64,000 bases of DNA from Eledone cirrhosa (lineage: Eukaryota). Shown here piece after piece: positions 1-15,455 of this stretch. A model generated the notes under the pieces. It had not been told where the DNA came from, did not search any database, and saw nothing but the letters and a program-made list of their open reading frames with translations. The position numbers were made by a program, and so were the translations under genes. Within the stretch, counting starts at the first letter, position 1. Each line of letters begins with the position of its first letter. Where the stretch lies: positions 2,790,001 to 2,854,000 of the forward strand of contig OZ024758.1 in assembly GCA_964016885.1 (NCBI GenBank), given 5' to 3'.

Positions 1-289
1 GCTTTAGCACTCATTTGACCAGACTGAAGAAAAACTGAAAATGGTTTCTCAGTGCTTTCTGACAATTATTCAGCAAAACCACCTCAGAAAGAACCACGCA
101 TCAGGTGGACATTCTGTTTTTCTTATCACAAATTTAAGGGAAAATCTATTCATCCACTATGTATATGATGCAATTAAAATTAATGAGAAATTCTCACTGG
201 GGACACTGAGATTCGATTCTGCAAAATTACAACAGGTATATATATAAGTGTATATATATATATGTAACATGGTAACATGTATCCCAGTA

Positions 290-525
290 CAACCTGTCTC
301 ATGGTCGGGTCGTTGGCGACTAAACCGGCAACCCCCACCAAGGTTTTTTGGTGAGGAGGGTGACTTTGGATATCCTGCAGGACTAAAAACAAAACCTGTC
401 AAAGGGCAAAGGAGCTCTTAAGAGTCAATGGCCATGCAAAATCACCGGGAGAGATGAGCCCTTAGCCTTTGTCAAGGCAGAATTCTAGGAGATGGAAAAC
501 TCTGATATAACACTTGCAACCCTGA
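290..525 (+). mobile_element. Probable RTE-clade LINE 5' UTR fragment
   Basis: Contains tcgttggcgactaaaccggcaacccc ... ctaggagatggaaaactctga, resembling RTE 5' UTR motifs as I recall them; no database check. Confidence 0.45.
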
Positions 526-899
526 TGGTATCCAATGATGTTGACTTGTTCTTGTTTTTGGTAAATACCATCTTGGTTAAGAGAGTGAGACTGGCTTTGT
601 GCAGTGTCTTTGCTCACTATAAAAGCTTCACGGCATAGGCATTGCTTTATATCTGGAGATCTCTCTGCACTTGCCATCACATGTTACCATGGGCCCAGCA
701 CTATGTGTCAATAATTGTCACAAGTGTAGTGTTTGTACCAGAGTTTTCAAGTCGCTGGCTGAACTAAAAAGTCGCACTCGTTCAGCGCATCGGTAGGGGT
801 TCTCCTACATGGATATAAAGTAGTGGCCGTACTCGAAAACGAATTGGCAGCCACCATATATATATGTATACTTATACCTATTGTAATTTTGTCATTATT

Positions 900-1000
900 A
901 CTACCGAGGTTTTGATTCCAGAGCCTAGCCAGATCGATGCAGATCAGTAGCGGAACGCGCGTCACCAACCAATAAACGTAATGAAGGAGTAACCATTCGT
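900..1000 (+). mobile_element. Degenerate PLE-type terminal repeat with ribozyme remnant (family shared with 38860-38965)
   Basis: gattccagagcctagccagatcgatgcagatc..agtagcggaacgcgcgtcaccaacc aligns to 38880-38955; G(G)AA-CGCGCG-TC matches a hammerhead 3' half; the 5' core is decayed. Confidence 0.5.
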
Positions 1001-1020
1001 CCTCGTATTACACTCCCTGG

Positions 1021-1081
<61 letters not shown>

Positions 1082-1125
1082 GCGAACAAAGAATCAGTGT
1101 TGCATCATATACATATTTAATTAAG

Positions 1126-1196
1126 TATTATATATGTTTCACTGTCGATCAGCTCGAGGAACGATCGATTAATGGTCGAACCTGACTCTTCAGATA
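1126..1196 (-). ncRNA. Degenerate type I hammerhead ribozyme
   Basis: Minus strand: tat-CTGAAGA-(46 nt with gtcaggttcga/tcgagctgat stem)-GAAA-catata-TA-ata; lies between (TA)n and (CTAT)n tracts; stem II base is imperfect. Confidence 0.5.
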
Positions 1197-1410
1197 TGTG
1201 TTAACATGTAGACTCGCGTCTGAGATTGGTTGAATATTATCCCAATTCATTCTTATATGCTGCCACACACTCGGTCAAATGAGTGTGCCAACACCGTATT
1301 CTATCTATCTATCTATCTATATAATGAGGTATATGGTTTGTTGATTATTATTCAACAGAGTTAATTTCATAAGCACTCTACTGTGTTTTATCTGGAGTAT
1401 GATTAAGATT

Positions 1411-1627
1411 AACAATAATAATAAATGGAAAATATCTTTACAATGCCATATTTATTTCATTACACAGATATTGACATACCTTAGCTGGCTTATACTATTA
1501 TGTCAATATCTTAACACCAAATATTATATTTTATCTGATGAAGCATACTAACATTTAGTCTCCTTGAAATATGTGTATAGAAATAATTGTGCTATTATAA
1601 AGATATTTTCCATTTATTAATATTGTT
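1411..1627. mobile_element. Fold-back element with degenerate hammerhead at about 1528-1585 (+)
   Basis: Arms aacaataataataaatggaaaatatcttta (from 1411) and taaagatattttccatttattaatattgtt (to 1627); CTGATGA 1535-1541, GAAA 1566-1569, tatgtg-TA; ends at a (TA)n tract. Confidence 0.6.
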
Positions 1628-1676
<49 letters not shown>

Positions 1677-2395
1677 AATGGTTGCACGCTATATCTCGTT
1701 CAAATGACACCATAGCGATTTTAAGGCGGACTAGTTGAATGCTATGACTCTGTATTCAATGTATATTACAAAACTCGGTGTTGGTTTCGGATGGAAAATC
1801 TTTCATGATAGAACACTTTAGTCAGTGTTGGCATCAAACTGAAGCACGTACATATATATAGAAAGGAGAACTGAGACACGAGCATAACTGGCCGTTTAAT
1901 GGTTCTGAAATGATTGTTTTCAAGTCTCTCATAAAAGTACAATAAACGTCAAGAAACAGTGATTCGCAATATAAATCTTGTGAAAATCTCTATAAATATA
2001 GAAGAACATCAAATGTAACAATAAAATTAGTAATAACAATAATACAGTTATGAATAAAATGACCAACCATAGATAAAATAAATGCTACATTTGCGGTATT
2101 GGTTTTTTTTTTCCTGTTGTTCTTCTATGCCAATTTCCGTCATCGCGTATCTTTATGCAGACATCTTAAAAGTTTAATCGATGAAAATCACAGCAGAACG
2201 TTGAGCACAAAATACTAGCTGACCATAACAAGAAGCAGAGTTTCCCTTCAGCTAACGTTAACTGTAACAAACCGTTCTTGAAATTATTGAATATTAGAGA
2301 AATATGGCATAAAAACTATATCTGTATGAAGAATATTGAAACAATGTTTGACCAAACAACACAAATAATAACTTGCCATTAAGTAAAATATGTCG

Positions 2396-2471
2396 AGCAA
2401 TTATCCCAGTGTATTACAGGTACTTTATTTTATCCACCCCGTAAGGATGAAAGGCAAAGGTAACATCGGCG
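2396..2471 (-). mobile_element. tRNA-derived SINE, partial
   Basis: Matches the central and 3' part of the family consensus seen elsewhere in the window. Confidence 0.8.
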
Positions 2472-2497
2472 CGGCAAATAAAATATACTGCTCGGAT

Positions 2498-2620
2498 CTA
2501 GCTGTCGAAACGGCCGGAGCTCAGCTGTCGGCGTCCTGAATCTTTTCATATTACCCATCCTACTAACCCAAGTATCGAGTACTCTGGTGGGTTATGATCC
2601 ACGTGGTATTTTACCACACA
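2498..2620 (+). mobile_element. Diverged copy of the half-hammerhead element family (33078, 42771)
   Basis: tagctgtcGAAAcggccggagctcagctgTCggcgtc...attacccatcctactaacccaagtatcgagtactctggtg aligns with 42834-42950. Confidence 0.75.
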
Positions 2621-3746
2621 TTTTCTGATATATATTCAAGGTCTCCCCAAAAATGTATACACACTTCAACAGCATTCTAATAAATATTGCATGTACAGGT
2701 AATCAAAATCAGTATACATTTTTTTGGCATATATATATTAAAATATATATATATATATACACGCACACGCATATATATATATATATATACACACACACAG
2801 ATAATTATAGTATAACAATGGGGTAACTCTGCTGAAGGGAAGTTTTAGATCAAAGCTGGCATGTTTTAGTTGGAAATTACAAAACCTTTTATTATGTATA
2901 TATAAAGAATGTTTTGAAGATAGCAACATTGAAATGTATTTCAATCTTGTTGCTGTTGTAAAAATAATAGGTCTTCAGCATCAAGTGCCGAACAAATGTT
3001 TTCGGGATAAAATACAAACTATTTTGAACTGCTATTACTTTTGATATTGTCTTATTTAGCTTTTTGTGACTCTGTAGGATATAGTAACTTGTTCATATAT
3101 TTGTGTTTATGTATTAGGAATGTTTTTAAAAAGAATTTGTATCCATTTGTATTTTGAAGTCTAATTTTATTCTGAGTTTTTATCTTGCTGTGATATACGT
3201 TATTAACTTCTTATTTATGTCGAACTATATCTTGGTGTTGTGCACCGATATACATCCATGGAATTACTTTATTTTGCGTTTCTCAGAATCGAGATCAAGT
3301 CTGTGTCTCCCAGTTGCGGTTATATAACATGCTCGCACCACAAAACTATTGAACAAGTACTATTAGTTCTCTTACTAACTGGATATAAAAAAAGAAATGG
3401 AGGTAAACCGTATTGGTGCTAGAACATTTTCAATCTAACAACAATTTTGTGTTTGGTTTATTCAATCCACAGAGTTGCTGCTGTTACATGTATCAACATA
3501 ATACCTAATTCTCAATAACTCTCCTTAAGGGCCAATATTTTAGTCTTGATTAATGCACAATCTAAGAAACTGTTATCGCTTACATGAAAATCCGGTCGTT
3601 CCCCAGATGCGTGGCATACATTGCACGAAATTGTTATCGGAAAGACCAAAATGTTTGGCGGGCTCTACAAAAGCATTCACAATTAAAATCAAATAACTGC
3701 GATGACTGTCAAATGGTTCACTCTGTAATTATTGATTAGATGTATA

Positions 3747-3777
<31 letters not shown>

Positions 3778-4984
3778 TTATACGTCGATTATATATATAA
3801 TCATGTATTAGATACTCTATATTGATGTAAATGACCACTTACACACATGCACATTATATATATGTTTATACATTTGCTGTAGTTTCCTCTTTCTAATCGT
3901 AAGAAATATTACAGACAACATGGCGATTATATACGAACGTACGAAAGAAATGGGAGGGTATGACAGCAGTTATTTCTTACATAAGTTCACACGTTTTAAT
4001 GGTAGTATGTGGTCTATCAATTGATACAAATATTTGACTCTTTATCAAACCTGAAAAGAGAAACGAAAATTCTAATCTGGTAGAAATTGAACTGTGAACT
4101 TAAATGTTTTGTAACGAAACATTTACGAGGGGTTTAATCCCATGTACTATCATATATGCCACTCACCAATGATAACATTGGAAGAGTAAAGGGGAGGAAA
4201 AGATATAACTATCAGTTATGAAATAAGTTGATGATAAAATTCATCTTTACTAATTGCTTCGCTTTTCTATTCGTGATACAGAAAAATGTTTCGTTTTTCA
4301 TATTATTTGATAAGGAAAATGTTATCATTTTTTTTTATCTAAAGCTATACAATACGGCAAACTGCAAAATTGTTGTTTGTGTAAAGAAAATAGAAAAATA
4401 AAGAAACCTTTAGAAAATTTGAAAATGCCATATCGAAATGATTGAAACAAAATATTGAAAACAACAAAACATTAAGGAATGAATTGTAAAGCACAGGGGA
4501 ATTGAGAATCGGAAGAAAAACGTTTTCTATTTGATTGAAGCAATCTCTTATCATTGTACATTTTGGTAATGGAATTAAAGAGTTGATGTTTCAAGGAACA
4601 CGAAGGCACAATTATTTGTCACTTGGATTCACAAGAATTTGCATTAATAAATTTGGTGAATAGGGCTATAAATGTTCTACAATTAGCTATGTGAAAGAAA
4701 TACCATTTCTATAATGAAATATCTCTAGTTTTCAGTTTTGCAAGAAAGAACAAAAAATCAATATAGCATTAGTTCAAGCTTAGTGATTCATGTTAAAGTA
4801 GCAATTTATTAAGGTTTTAGACGAAGAATTCTATTTTATTTTTACAAGGTATTATATATTTTGTTTTGATTTACTGTATATTATTCACTTTATAATGGCT
4901 TTTTGTTAGATATGATGTCAGGTACATATGTATGTACCTGAAATGCTACGTCACTATTTAAATGAAATACTATTATTTCGTTAC

Positions 4985-5152
4985 TGCGGTGAATTGGCAG
5001 TATCGGTATGCTTTCTAGCATAGTTACGTCCCTTTACGGTCCGAGTTCAAATCCCGTCGAGGTTAATTTTCCTTTCATCCTTAAGGGGTCGATAAAATAA
5101 AGTACCAGTAATGTACTGAGTATTTGCTGGCCTTGTGCCAAAATTAGAAACA
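4985..5152 (+). mobile_element. tRNA-derived SINE (short subfamily) with 13-bp TSD
   Basis: A-box-like tggcagtatcgg, B-box gagttcaaatcc, core cctttcatccttaaggggtcgataaaataaagtaccag; TSD attatttcgttac at 4972-4984 and 5153-5165. Confidence 0.92.
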
Positions 5153-5569
5153 ATTATTTCGTTACCTAGGCATAATTATAGAGGGAGCATTAGGTATATA
5201 TGCATTTCAGAGTATTAATGGCATAGCTGAAGAGGGTTTTCTCATACAACCAATCTATACCAGATCAATGACATCACCCCAAAATCTGGTGACACTGGCA
5301 TACTGTAACATTGGTATAATTTGTAGAGAGAAGTACAAACTACTTACGTATTTTGGTATGTTGTTCTATATTTTGAGTTAAAATATTACCATGTTTGACG
5401 TTGCAGTTCATCACTCAGGGATCGATAAAATAAACCAACAGTAAAGTACAGGAACATATCGAAAGATTTCTCTTAGTTACGATCATTCTATATTTTCGCT
5501 TTCGTTTGCGTACCTTCGCTTGTCAGTTAAGTGAAACATTCCTAGGTTTATACCCGTGCATATCAGCGA

Positions 5570-5733
5570 ATATCACTATCAACACCACCACCACCATCAT
5601 CATCATTGTCATCATTAACACCATTACCATCATCCCCATCATCATCACCACCATGAGCATCATCATCATCAGCACCATGAGCATCATCATCGTCAGCACC
5701 CTCATCATCATTTTCTTCATCATTACCACCACC
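5570..5733. repeat. Degenerate (CAT/CAC)n trinucleotide repeat
   Basis: Direct inspection. Confidence 0.9.
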
Positions 5734-6926
5734 AGATCGTGGACCCCCATTTGTTCATAGTAGTGAGAGACGGGGAGAGCGGGAGAGACGGAGGCAGTGA
5801 CAGTTGGAGTTTGGTTCCTTTGTGTTCTAACGTGGTGCATAGCTATATGTTTAATGTACACACACTCACACTATTCCTTTCTTAGTATATTAAATTCTCA
5901 TAACTTAAATAGGAAACCTTACGAGCCTTTAAATTCTGCGTTCAAATTTCACCCAAGTCAATTTTATCATTAATTCTTCTGAGTTAGATCAAATATGTGT
6001 TAATTTACAAGTATAATCGGCTTAAAACCTTCGTAGACAACATCCTCGAATCATCGTCTCCCAAAGAAGCCAAAATGAGGCAGAAACAATACAAATGTTA
6101 TCATACGTGAAATACAACTGTCTTAACGGCCTCTGCTGTTTTTAAGGAAAATCGGCGATAGTTACTCTGCTAATATCCCAATTAGTCACTGTATATTTCA
6201 GAAAATATATATATTCACTAGATTTGGCAGGTGAGCAATAAACTGCATTGATAAAGGGTATTTACCCAGAAACATTAGTGTCTGCAGTTCTGTTTACATG
6301 TCTACTGACATGCCTTAAAAATAGAGGCTGATTGCATAATTGCAAACGAATCAAATATCATTATTAATATCCGAAAAACTCAGATTACACACACACATAT
6401 ATATATATATATAAGAAAGAGAGAGAGTGAGAGATTTATGACTTGCCTATGTCTAAGAAATATCTCAGTATTTAGCAGGTAAGTTATAAAAACATTGTAC
6501 TTATTAATCGGAATAAATACTTTAACAGTGTAACTATTATCTAAAACCGACTATTCATTAAATTATAGATAAAATTGGACAAAATATATTTTAAATATAT
6601 ATATATATTGGATTTTCTATCACCAAGTTATACACACAATTATTGAGGCTGAATGATGCTGTATATAGGCCTTGTCATGGAAATCCGATATCCTAAGTAT
6701 TTATGAATGTTAAACATTAATACTAGATATAAAAAAATAAAATATATATTTATTTTCCTGTTGTTAACTCGTTTAAGGCTTCAGAGATAATATTTGTTGG
6801 AATAAATCTATGGAAGGTTTTCGGTATTGTAACTGAATCCTTAAAATACCATTCAGTTCTCATTCTGGTTATACACACATATATATATATACACAACCGA
6901 TTGTGTTGTTATTTCTGTTTACCTTT

Positions 6927-8960
<2,034 letters not shown>

Positions 8961-9164
8961 GTATTAGTTATACTATTTATGGTTATGTAAACACAAAACC
9001 TTAAGCAGTTGTAAGTATTTTACACACACCCTAAATAGTGGTAGGCAGTAATGTATTACTACCTTATTACCAGTAAGTTAAGTAGCTCAATGTAAAAACA
9101 TCAGATGATTTACAGAGCAGTTATATGAAATATAAGAATCAAAGAACTGTTCAAAACATTATTG

Positions 9165-9211
9165 TGCTTACAGCTGTTTCCTCCAAACCGAGGTTTGGAT
9201 TCTTCGGAGCA
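9165..9211 (-). ncRNA. Mirror copy of the 9621-9667 hammerhead
   Basis: Exact reverse complement in the left arm of the fold-back. Confidence 0.8.
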
Positions 9212-9620
9212 ATTTATTAATGCATGGACAGTTATATGACCTCCTTTTCAGCCGAGAGACATACCAATACATATTCAAACATTGATACATATTCAAACAT
9301 TGTGGGTCAACATTCATTACAGAATTTAGAGTGGCAGTACACACTTCGAGATTACATTTATATTAATAGGTACAATCAAAAAAATCAAAGATATAGGTTA
9401 AAGTACAACATGAAGATAAGTGGTTGTACTTTAACCTATATCTTTGATTTTTTTGATTGTACCTATTAATATAAATGTAATCTCGAAGTGTGTACTGCCA
9501 CTCTAAATTCTGTAATGAATGTTGACCCACAATGTTTGAATATGTATCAATGTTTGAATATGTATTGGTATGTCTCTCGGCTGAAAAGGAGGTCATATAA
9601 CTGTCCATGCATTAATAAAT

Positions 9621-9667
9621 TGCTCCGAAGAATCCAAACCTCGGTTTGGAGGAAACAGCTGTAAGCA
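9621..9667 (+). ncRNA. Minimal type I hammerhead ribozyme, U4C variant
   Basis: tgct-CCGAAGA-atccaaacc-tc-ggtttggag-GAAA-cagctg-TA-agca: stem I tgct/agca, 8-bp stem II, palindromic stem III ACAGCTGT, GUA site. Confidence 0.8.
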
Positions 9668-9710
9668 CAATAATGTTTTGAACAGTTCTTTGATTCTTAT
9701 ATTTCATATA

Positions 9711-9715
9711 TATTC

Positions 9716-9750
<35 letters not shown>

Positions 9751-9887
9751 CATATATACACATATGTATATATATATACATATAGATATATATATACATA
9801 TATACACATATGTATATATATATATATATATACATATAGATATTCATATAGATATACATATATATATACATATATATATACATATAG

Positions 9888-9942
<55 letters not shown>

Positions 9943-10043
9943 CATATATACATATAGATATTCATATAGATATACATATATATATACATATAGATATTCA
10001 TATAGATATACATATATATATATACATATATATATACATATAG

Positions 10044-10078
<35 letters not shown>

Positions 10079-10157
10079 CATATATACATATAGATATTCA
10101 TATAGATATACATATATATATACATATATATATACATATAGATATATATATATATAC

Positions 10158-10189
<32 letters not shown>

Positions 10190-10341
10190 TCATATAGATA
10201 TTCATATAGATATACATATATATATACATATAGATATACATATATATATACATATAGATATATATATATATATATACATATTCATATAGATATATATATA
10301 TATATACATATACATATAGATATATATATACATATATATTC

Positions 10342-10380
<39 letters not shown>

Positions 10381-10485
10381 TATATATATACATATATACA
10401 CATATGTATATATATATATACACATATATATATATACACATATATATATATACATATGTATATATATACATATGTATATATATAC

Positions 10486-10533
<48 letters not shown>

Positions 10534-11535
10534 GTATATATATATACATATGTATATATATACATATATATATTTTATATATAATATATATAATATATAT
10601 ATATATATATAATATAATATATATATAATATATATATAATATATATTATATACTATATATATATTATATATATTATATATTATATATTATATAATATATA
10701 TATATTATATATAATATATATATATTATATATAATATATATATTATATATAATATATATATAATATATGTATATATAATATATATAATATATGTATATAT
10801 AATATATATAATATATGTATATATAATATATATAATATATGTATATATAATATACATAATATATGTATGTATATTATATATATGTATGTATATTATATAT
10901 ATGTATGTATATTATATATATGTATGTATATTATATATATGTATGTATATTATATATATGTATGTATATTATATATATGTATAAATATTATATATATTAT
11001 ATATAATATATATAATATATGTATATATAATATCAGTATATATAATATATATAATATATGTATATATAATATATGTATATATAAGTACATATAATATATG
11101 TATATATAATATACATAATATATGTATATATAATATACATAATATATGTATATATAATATACATAATATATGTATATATAATATACATAATATATGTATA
11201 TATAATATACATAATATATGTATATATAATATACATAATATATGTATATATAATATACATAATATATGTATATATAATATACATAATATATGTATATATA
11301 ATATACATAATATATGTATATATAATATACATAATATATGTATATATAATATACATAATATATGTATATATAATATACATAATATATGTATATATAATAT
11401 ATATATATTATATAATATATATAATATATATATATTATATAATATATATAATATATATATATTATATAATATATATAATATATATATCTATTATATAATA
11501 TATATAATATATATATCTATTATATAATATATTCA
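9711..11535. repeat. About 1.8-kb compound TA-rich micro/minisatellite
   Basis: Includes (catatagatattcatatagatata) blocks and a 24-bp unit atacataatatatgtatatataat repeated about 12 times at roughly 11087-11400. Confidence 0.97.
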
Positions 11536-11616
11536 TAATGAGACAGGTATGAACTGCTAGTCTATTTTTATACACTAGGTTTTATATACATATAGAAATT
11601 CTTAAAAAACCAAATT

Positions 11617-11710
11617 GTTAGTTCAAATCTCGGACCGTGTGACGTGTTTCCTTTAGCAAGACACTTTATTTCACGTTGTTCCAGTTTACTCACCTGTAGA
11701 AATGAGATGA
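11617..11710 (+). mobile_element. Fragment of a second SINE family (CORE-like)
   Basis: B-box gttcaaatct followed by tcctttagcaagacactttatttcacgttgttccagtttactcacctgtagaaatgag, resembling CORE-type SINE central domains from memory. Confidence 0.6.
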
Positions 11711-13696
11711 TAGGACTGGGGTCCCTATCACTAAATTACCCAAAACACCTCCAACATATACCTTGGTGCAGGCCAACTAAACCTGCATAGGTGTGAGCTG
11801 TCACACACATGTTAGCATTGCTTATGGCGCCTTTTCCGGACCCCATCTCATAAGCAAAATCTTACACTTGCATGTAATCAACGGCATGATTTGAAGGTAA
11901 GTAAATAAATAATTAAACAGTGTATCGCATATTTTTATCCTGAAACAGAATACATTTTGTTTTATCGTATTGAGTGTGATTTCACCTCAATTTCTTCGTA
12001 TTGTTTTTACGTTAAAAATCATTAATTCTGACCTTTGCACATATAGCTTGTTCTCTCTGTTGAAATCGCTATTCATTTTAATAGTAAATACACGTACATC
12101 TTGTATGTTACAGTTCGTATTGATTGTAAACCTTGTCTTGGTGTTTTGTGATCAAAATTATTTTGTGATCGAATACTTCTTAAAGAAAGGAAATAGTTAA
12201 GAATAGGGAAAGATATATCGTCATTTGTTTCCTAGTAATGTATTTTTTATTTCTTTAAGGAAAACTGCTACACATTTTATAATTTATGAATACAGCAGTA
12301 TGCATTTCTCAAGCTCTTTGCTGTAAGAAATATCTGTAAAATGGAAAATCTCACACACACACACACACAGACACACACACTCACACACACACACATACAC
12401 TAATATATATATATATATATTTAAACTAAAACAATAAATAATGTAGACAATTTTCTTCTCAAATAATTTTCTTTTGTTTAGACAAGCACTTGTGTTTCGT
12501 TGCATTATTACATTGGGATAATAAACTTCATGCAGAATAAAATGAAAGTAATAAAAGCTTAAGTAGGATGGTGATAGGATCATAGTGTAGTCTTATTGAT
12601 TATTATCCATGACAGCTTGAAAGAAAAATATCAAAAACTGATAAAGAATCCTAGCAACACAAGAATTATCTAAAGTATTAAAATTCTAATCTTATGCATT
12701 TGGAAACGAATATGTCATTTTTTGAGATTTTATGTAAGTTTTGATGGAAAATAACGGCGTAACCTATAATCTTATTGTAGAAGGAAAACATAATTTTGGA
12801 GTCATTTAAGGAGTTATGTGTGTATTTTACATTTTCGTTTTTGCCTTAGAGTTTGCTTGTAATTCTAAAGAATATTTCTTTTTTACAACAAAAGCTGAAA
12901 ATGTCATGTATCTTTAAATTCATTTGTCAAGTACGATAGTATAAGTATATTTAGTTGTAATCTAAAATTTTATACATCGATATTTTTTGAATAACTTGTT
13001 ATTTTATAGTCTTATTTTGTAGCAATTGTTTTCTAGTTATTAGCTCGTTGCTTGTAATATATGTAACTGTAAATATTTTTTCTTTGTTTATTATAATGTA
13101 TTTCGTTATAAAGAATATAATATTCTTCCCTCACAGTACGTTGATAAACTCTCATGGATATTTTGAAATCTCATTTATATAACAATAGTAGAACACTTTC
13201 TATGAAATCAATCATAGAAAGTTTTCTACTATTGTTAATTTTGACTCACATATAGTAATTGTTAAAATGCATGATTTAAAATTATTTCTCTCAGTAATGT
13301 TCCCATCCTGTTGTGTTATTCCATAATTTGGCATTTTACCATTTAAGCTTCACTGAGCAAATATAAAGTAATCAGATGGAATCTTCATAATGGTGCGACC
13401 GTTCAATGATTATTAACATTGAAACTTCGGTATTAACTTTATTAGGCAGAATTATTTCAAATATATATTTCAACTGAGAAAGTTATTTCGTGATATCTAA
13501 ACGTATAAATAACTCCTGAAAATCTATGTCAAGACATCTTTCCCCCTACCTAGGTGTTATATAATATATTATTTTATCTATATACAGTATAACACAGAAT
13601 AGGGGAACTTAAATATCTGTTCAGACAGACTGAATTATTATCTATAACAGCAACAACAACAAAAACAATTCCTCCACCACTACTACGGCTACTAAT

Positions 13697-13898
13697 AATT
13701 AGTTCTACTTTAGGCACAAGTCAGCATTTTGAAAGGGAGAGGAAAGTCGATTAAATCGACCCCAGTGCATTACTGGTACTTTATTTTATCGACCCAGTAA
13801 GGAGGAAAGGCTAAGTTAACCTTGGCGGGACTTGAACTCAGACTGTAAAGGGCCGTAACTCCATGCTACAAAGCATGGTGTCCGACCTTCTGCCAATC
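13697..13898 (-). mobile_element. tRNA-derived SINE (long subfamily)
   Basis: Family consensus plus the ggggtcgatttaatcgactttcc segment. Confidence 0.9.
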
Positions 13899-14490
13899 TA
13901 CGAAACACCATATTTAAGAATATAATATCTAGTTGTGTTAAATTGTACAAGAACTAATCATTCCACTATTTGTATTTAGATTTAAATATATATTTTCTTT
14001 GTTTTTGCATGTTCAAAATAAACTAAATAAATGTTGCTGAAACCTTTCAGAAAATATACAAATTATGTGAACTACTTTTTACTACAACAGATGGAGTGAA
14101 TAAACGTAATCAAAGATTCTAAATGACAAGCCGAACATTACAAACGGTGAATCAATAAAAATACTCGAAGGGTATGTAAACGTGATAGAACTATTTAAAA
14201 AGAAATTGCGGCTCGTTAATGAGAAACATGAAAGAACCATTTTGTGACTCTTTAAGCATACCCTGAAATATTCCATGTAAAAACATGATTACTCATAAAC
14301 CTTACCTATATATGGATATATTTGAAGAAAAAATAACAAGAAAAAGGAATGATATTATGTTGGTAGATTGGGAGTATAGGTACAGCATCAAAACCAAGTA
14401 TTTGGAGTATAGAGTTATAGTCCTTTATTTCTGAGTTCAAATCCCGTGGTTATAGTTGTTGTTGTCGTTCTTGTTCTTTATGTTGTTTGT

Positions 14491-14700
14491 TTGGCAGTAT
14501 CGGTAGATGGCCGGACGCCATGCTTTGCAGCATAGTTATGACCCTTTACTTTCTGAGTTCAAATCCCGCCGAGGTTAGCTTTGCTTTTCATCCTTAAGGG
14601 TGCCGATAAAATAAAGCAACAGAAATGCACTGGGGTCGATTTAATCAACTTTTCCCTCTCTCCAAATTTCTGGCCTTGTGTCTAAGGTAAAAATCATTAT
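14491..14700 (+). mobile_element. tRNA-derived SINE (long subfamily)
   Basis: A/B boxes, core and 3' ggccttgtgtctaagg. Confidence 0.9.
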
Positions 14701-15105
14701 CTTGAGGTACCTGACATTGAAAGTTAATACTACATGAACAGGTAACCTAAAATATTAAGAAAGTAATGTATGTTTCCGACTAAAGTAGGAATGATAGTTA
14801 TAATTCTTTCATACACTATATTTGGTCAATTCATTACATTAAGATTGATACAGAAGCTTGCCACCAGACTGAATAATTACTGTATGCAACGTTGCAAATT
14901 ATTTGATATATTCCAGTTACTAATTAAATGAAAATAATTGTAGCAATGGCAAAAATGTTCTCATTAACTTGATACTGTTTAACCACTGTTTCTGAGAAAG
15001 AAAAACAGTTATTATATTTATATATACATATACGTGCTTCAAAACATTTATTGGTAGCACAATGTACCCTAAGTTTCCTCTACGACATCAACTGAAAGGA
15101 AAAGG

Positions 15106-15139
<34 letters not shown>

Positions 15140-15274
15140 GTACATGAAAATATTGGTAGCGGAATGTTCCCTACGATACATCAATTGAAAAGAAAACCCA
15201 TTTTTGTTAGAGTTTGTCGTATGATGTTATGAATACAACAATAAAAAATATATTTTAACCATAAATATCCTTTA

Positions 15275-15455
15275 ATAATTCTTTCTAATTTTGACATAAG
15301 GCCAGCAATTATCAGTGTATTACTGGTACTTTATTTTATCGACCCCGTAAGGATGAAAGGCAAAGTTAACCTCGTCGGGATTTGAACTCAGACCATAAAG
15401 GGCCGTAACTCTTTGCTGCTAAGATAGCGCCCTACCCTCTACCGATACTGCTAAT
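15275..15455 (-). mobile_element. tRNA-derived SINE (short subfamily)
   Basis: Family consensus on the minus strand. Confidence 0.9.

Larger units (their letters stand above)
9122..9710. mobile_element. Perfect 288-bp inverted repeat (fold-back element) with 13-bp spacer and a hammerhead in each arm
   Basis: Arms 9122-9409 and 9423-9710 are reverse complements (mirror ORFs 9224..9469+ and 9363..9608- agree); spacer atgaagataagtg; right end abuts (TA)n. Confidence 0.93.

Noticed and set aside
20-55. CTGAAGA..GAAA near the window start
   Set aside because: No stem II pairing and poor stem I; likely chance.
268-691. 13-bp inverted repeat catggtaacatgt / acatgttaccatg as transposon ends
   Set aside because: No TSD, and the interior looks like LINE debris.
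4985-5060. tRNA genes suggested by A/B boxes
   Set aside because: No cloverleaf; these are SINE heads (also the fragment near 61180-61225).
9224-9608. Two near-identical 81-aa ORFs on opposite strands
   Set aside because: A by-product of the perfect inverted repeat; no recognisable protein motif.
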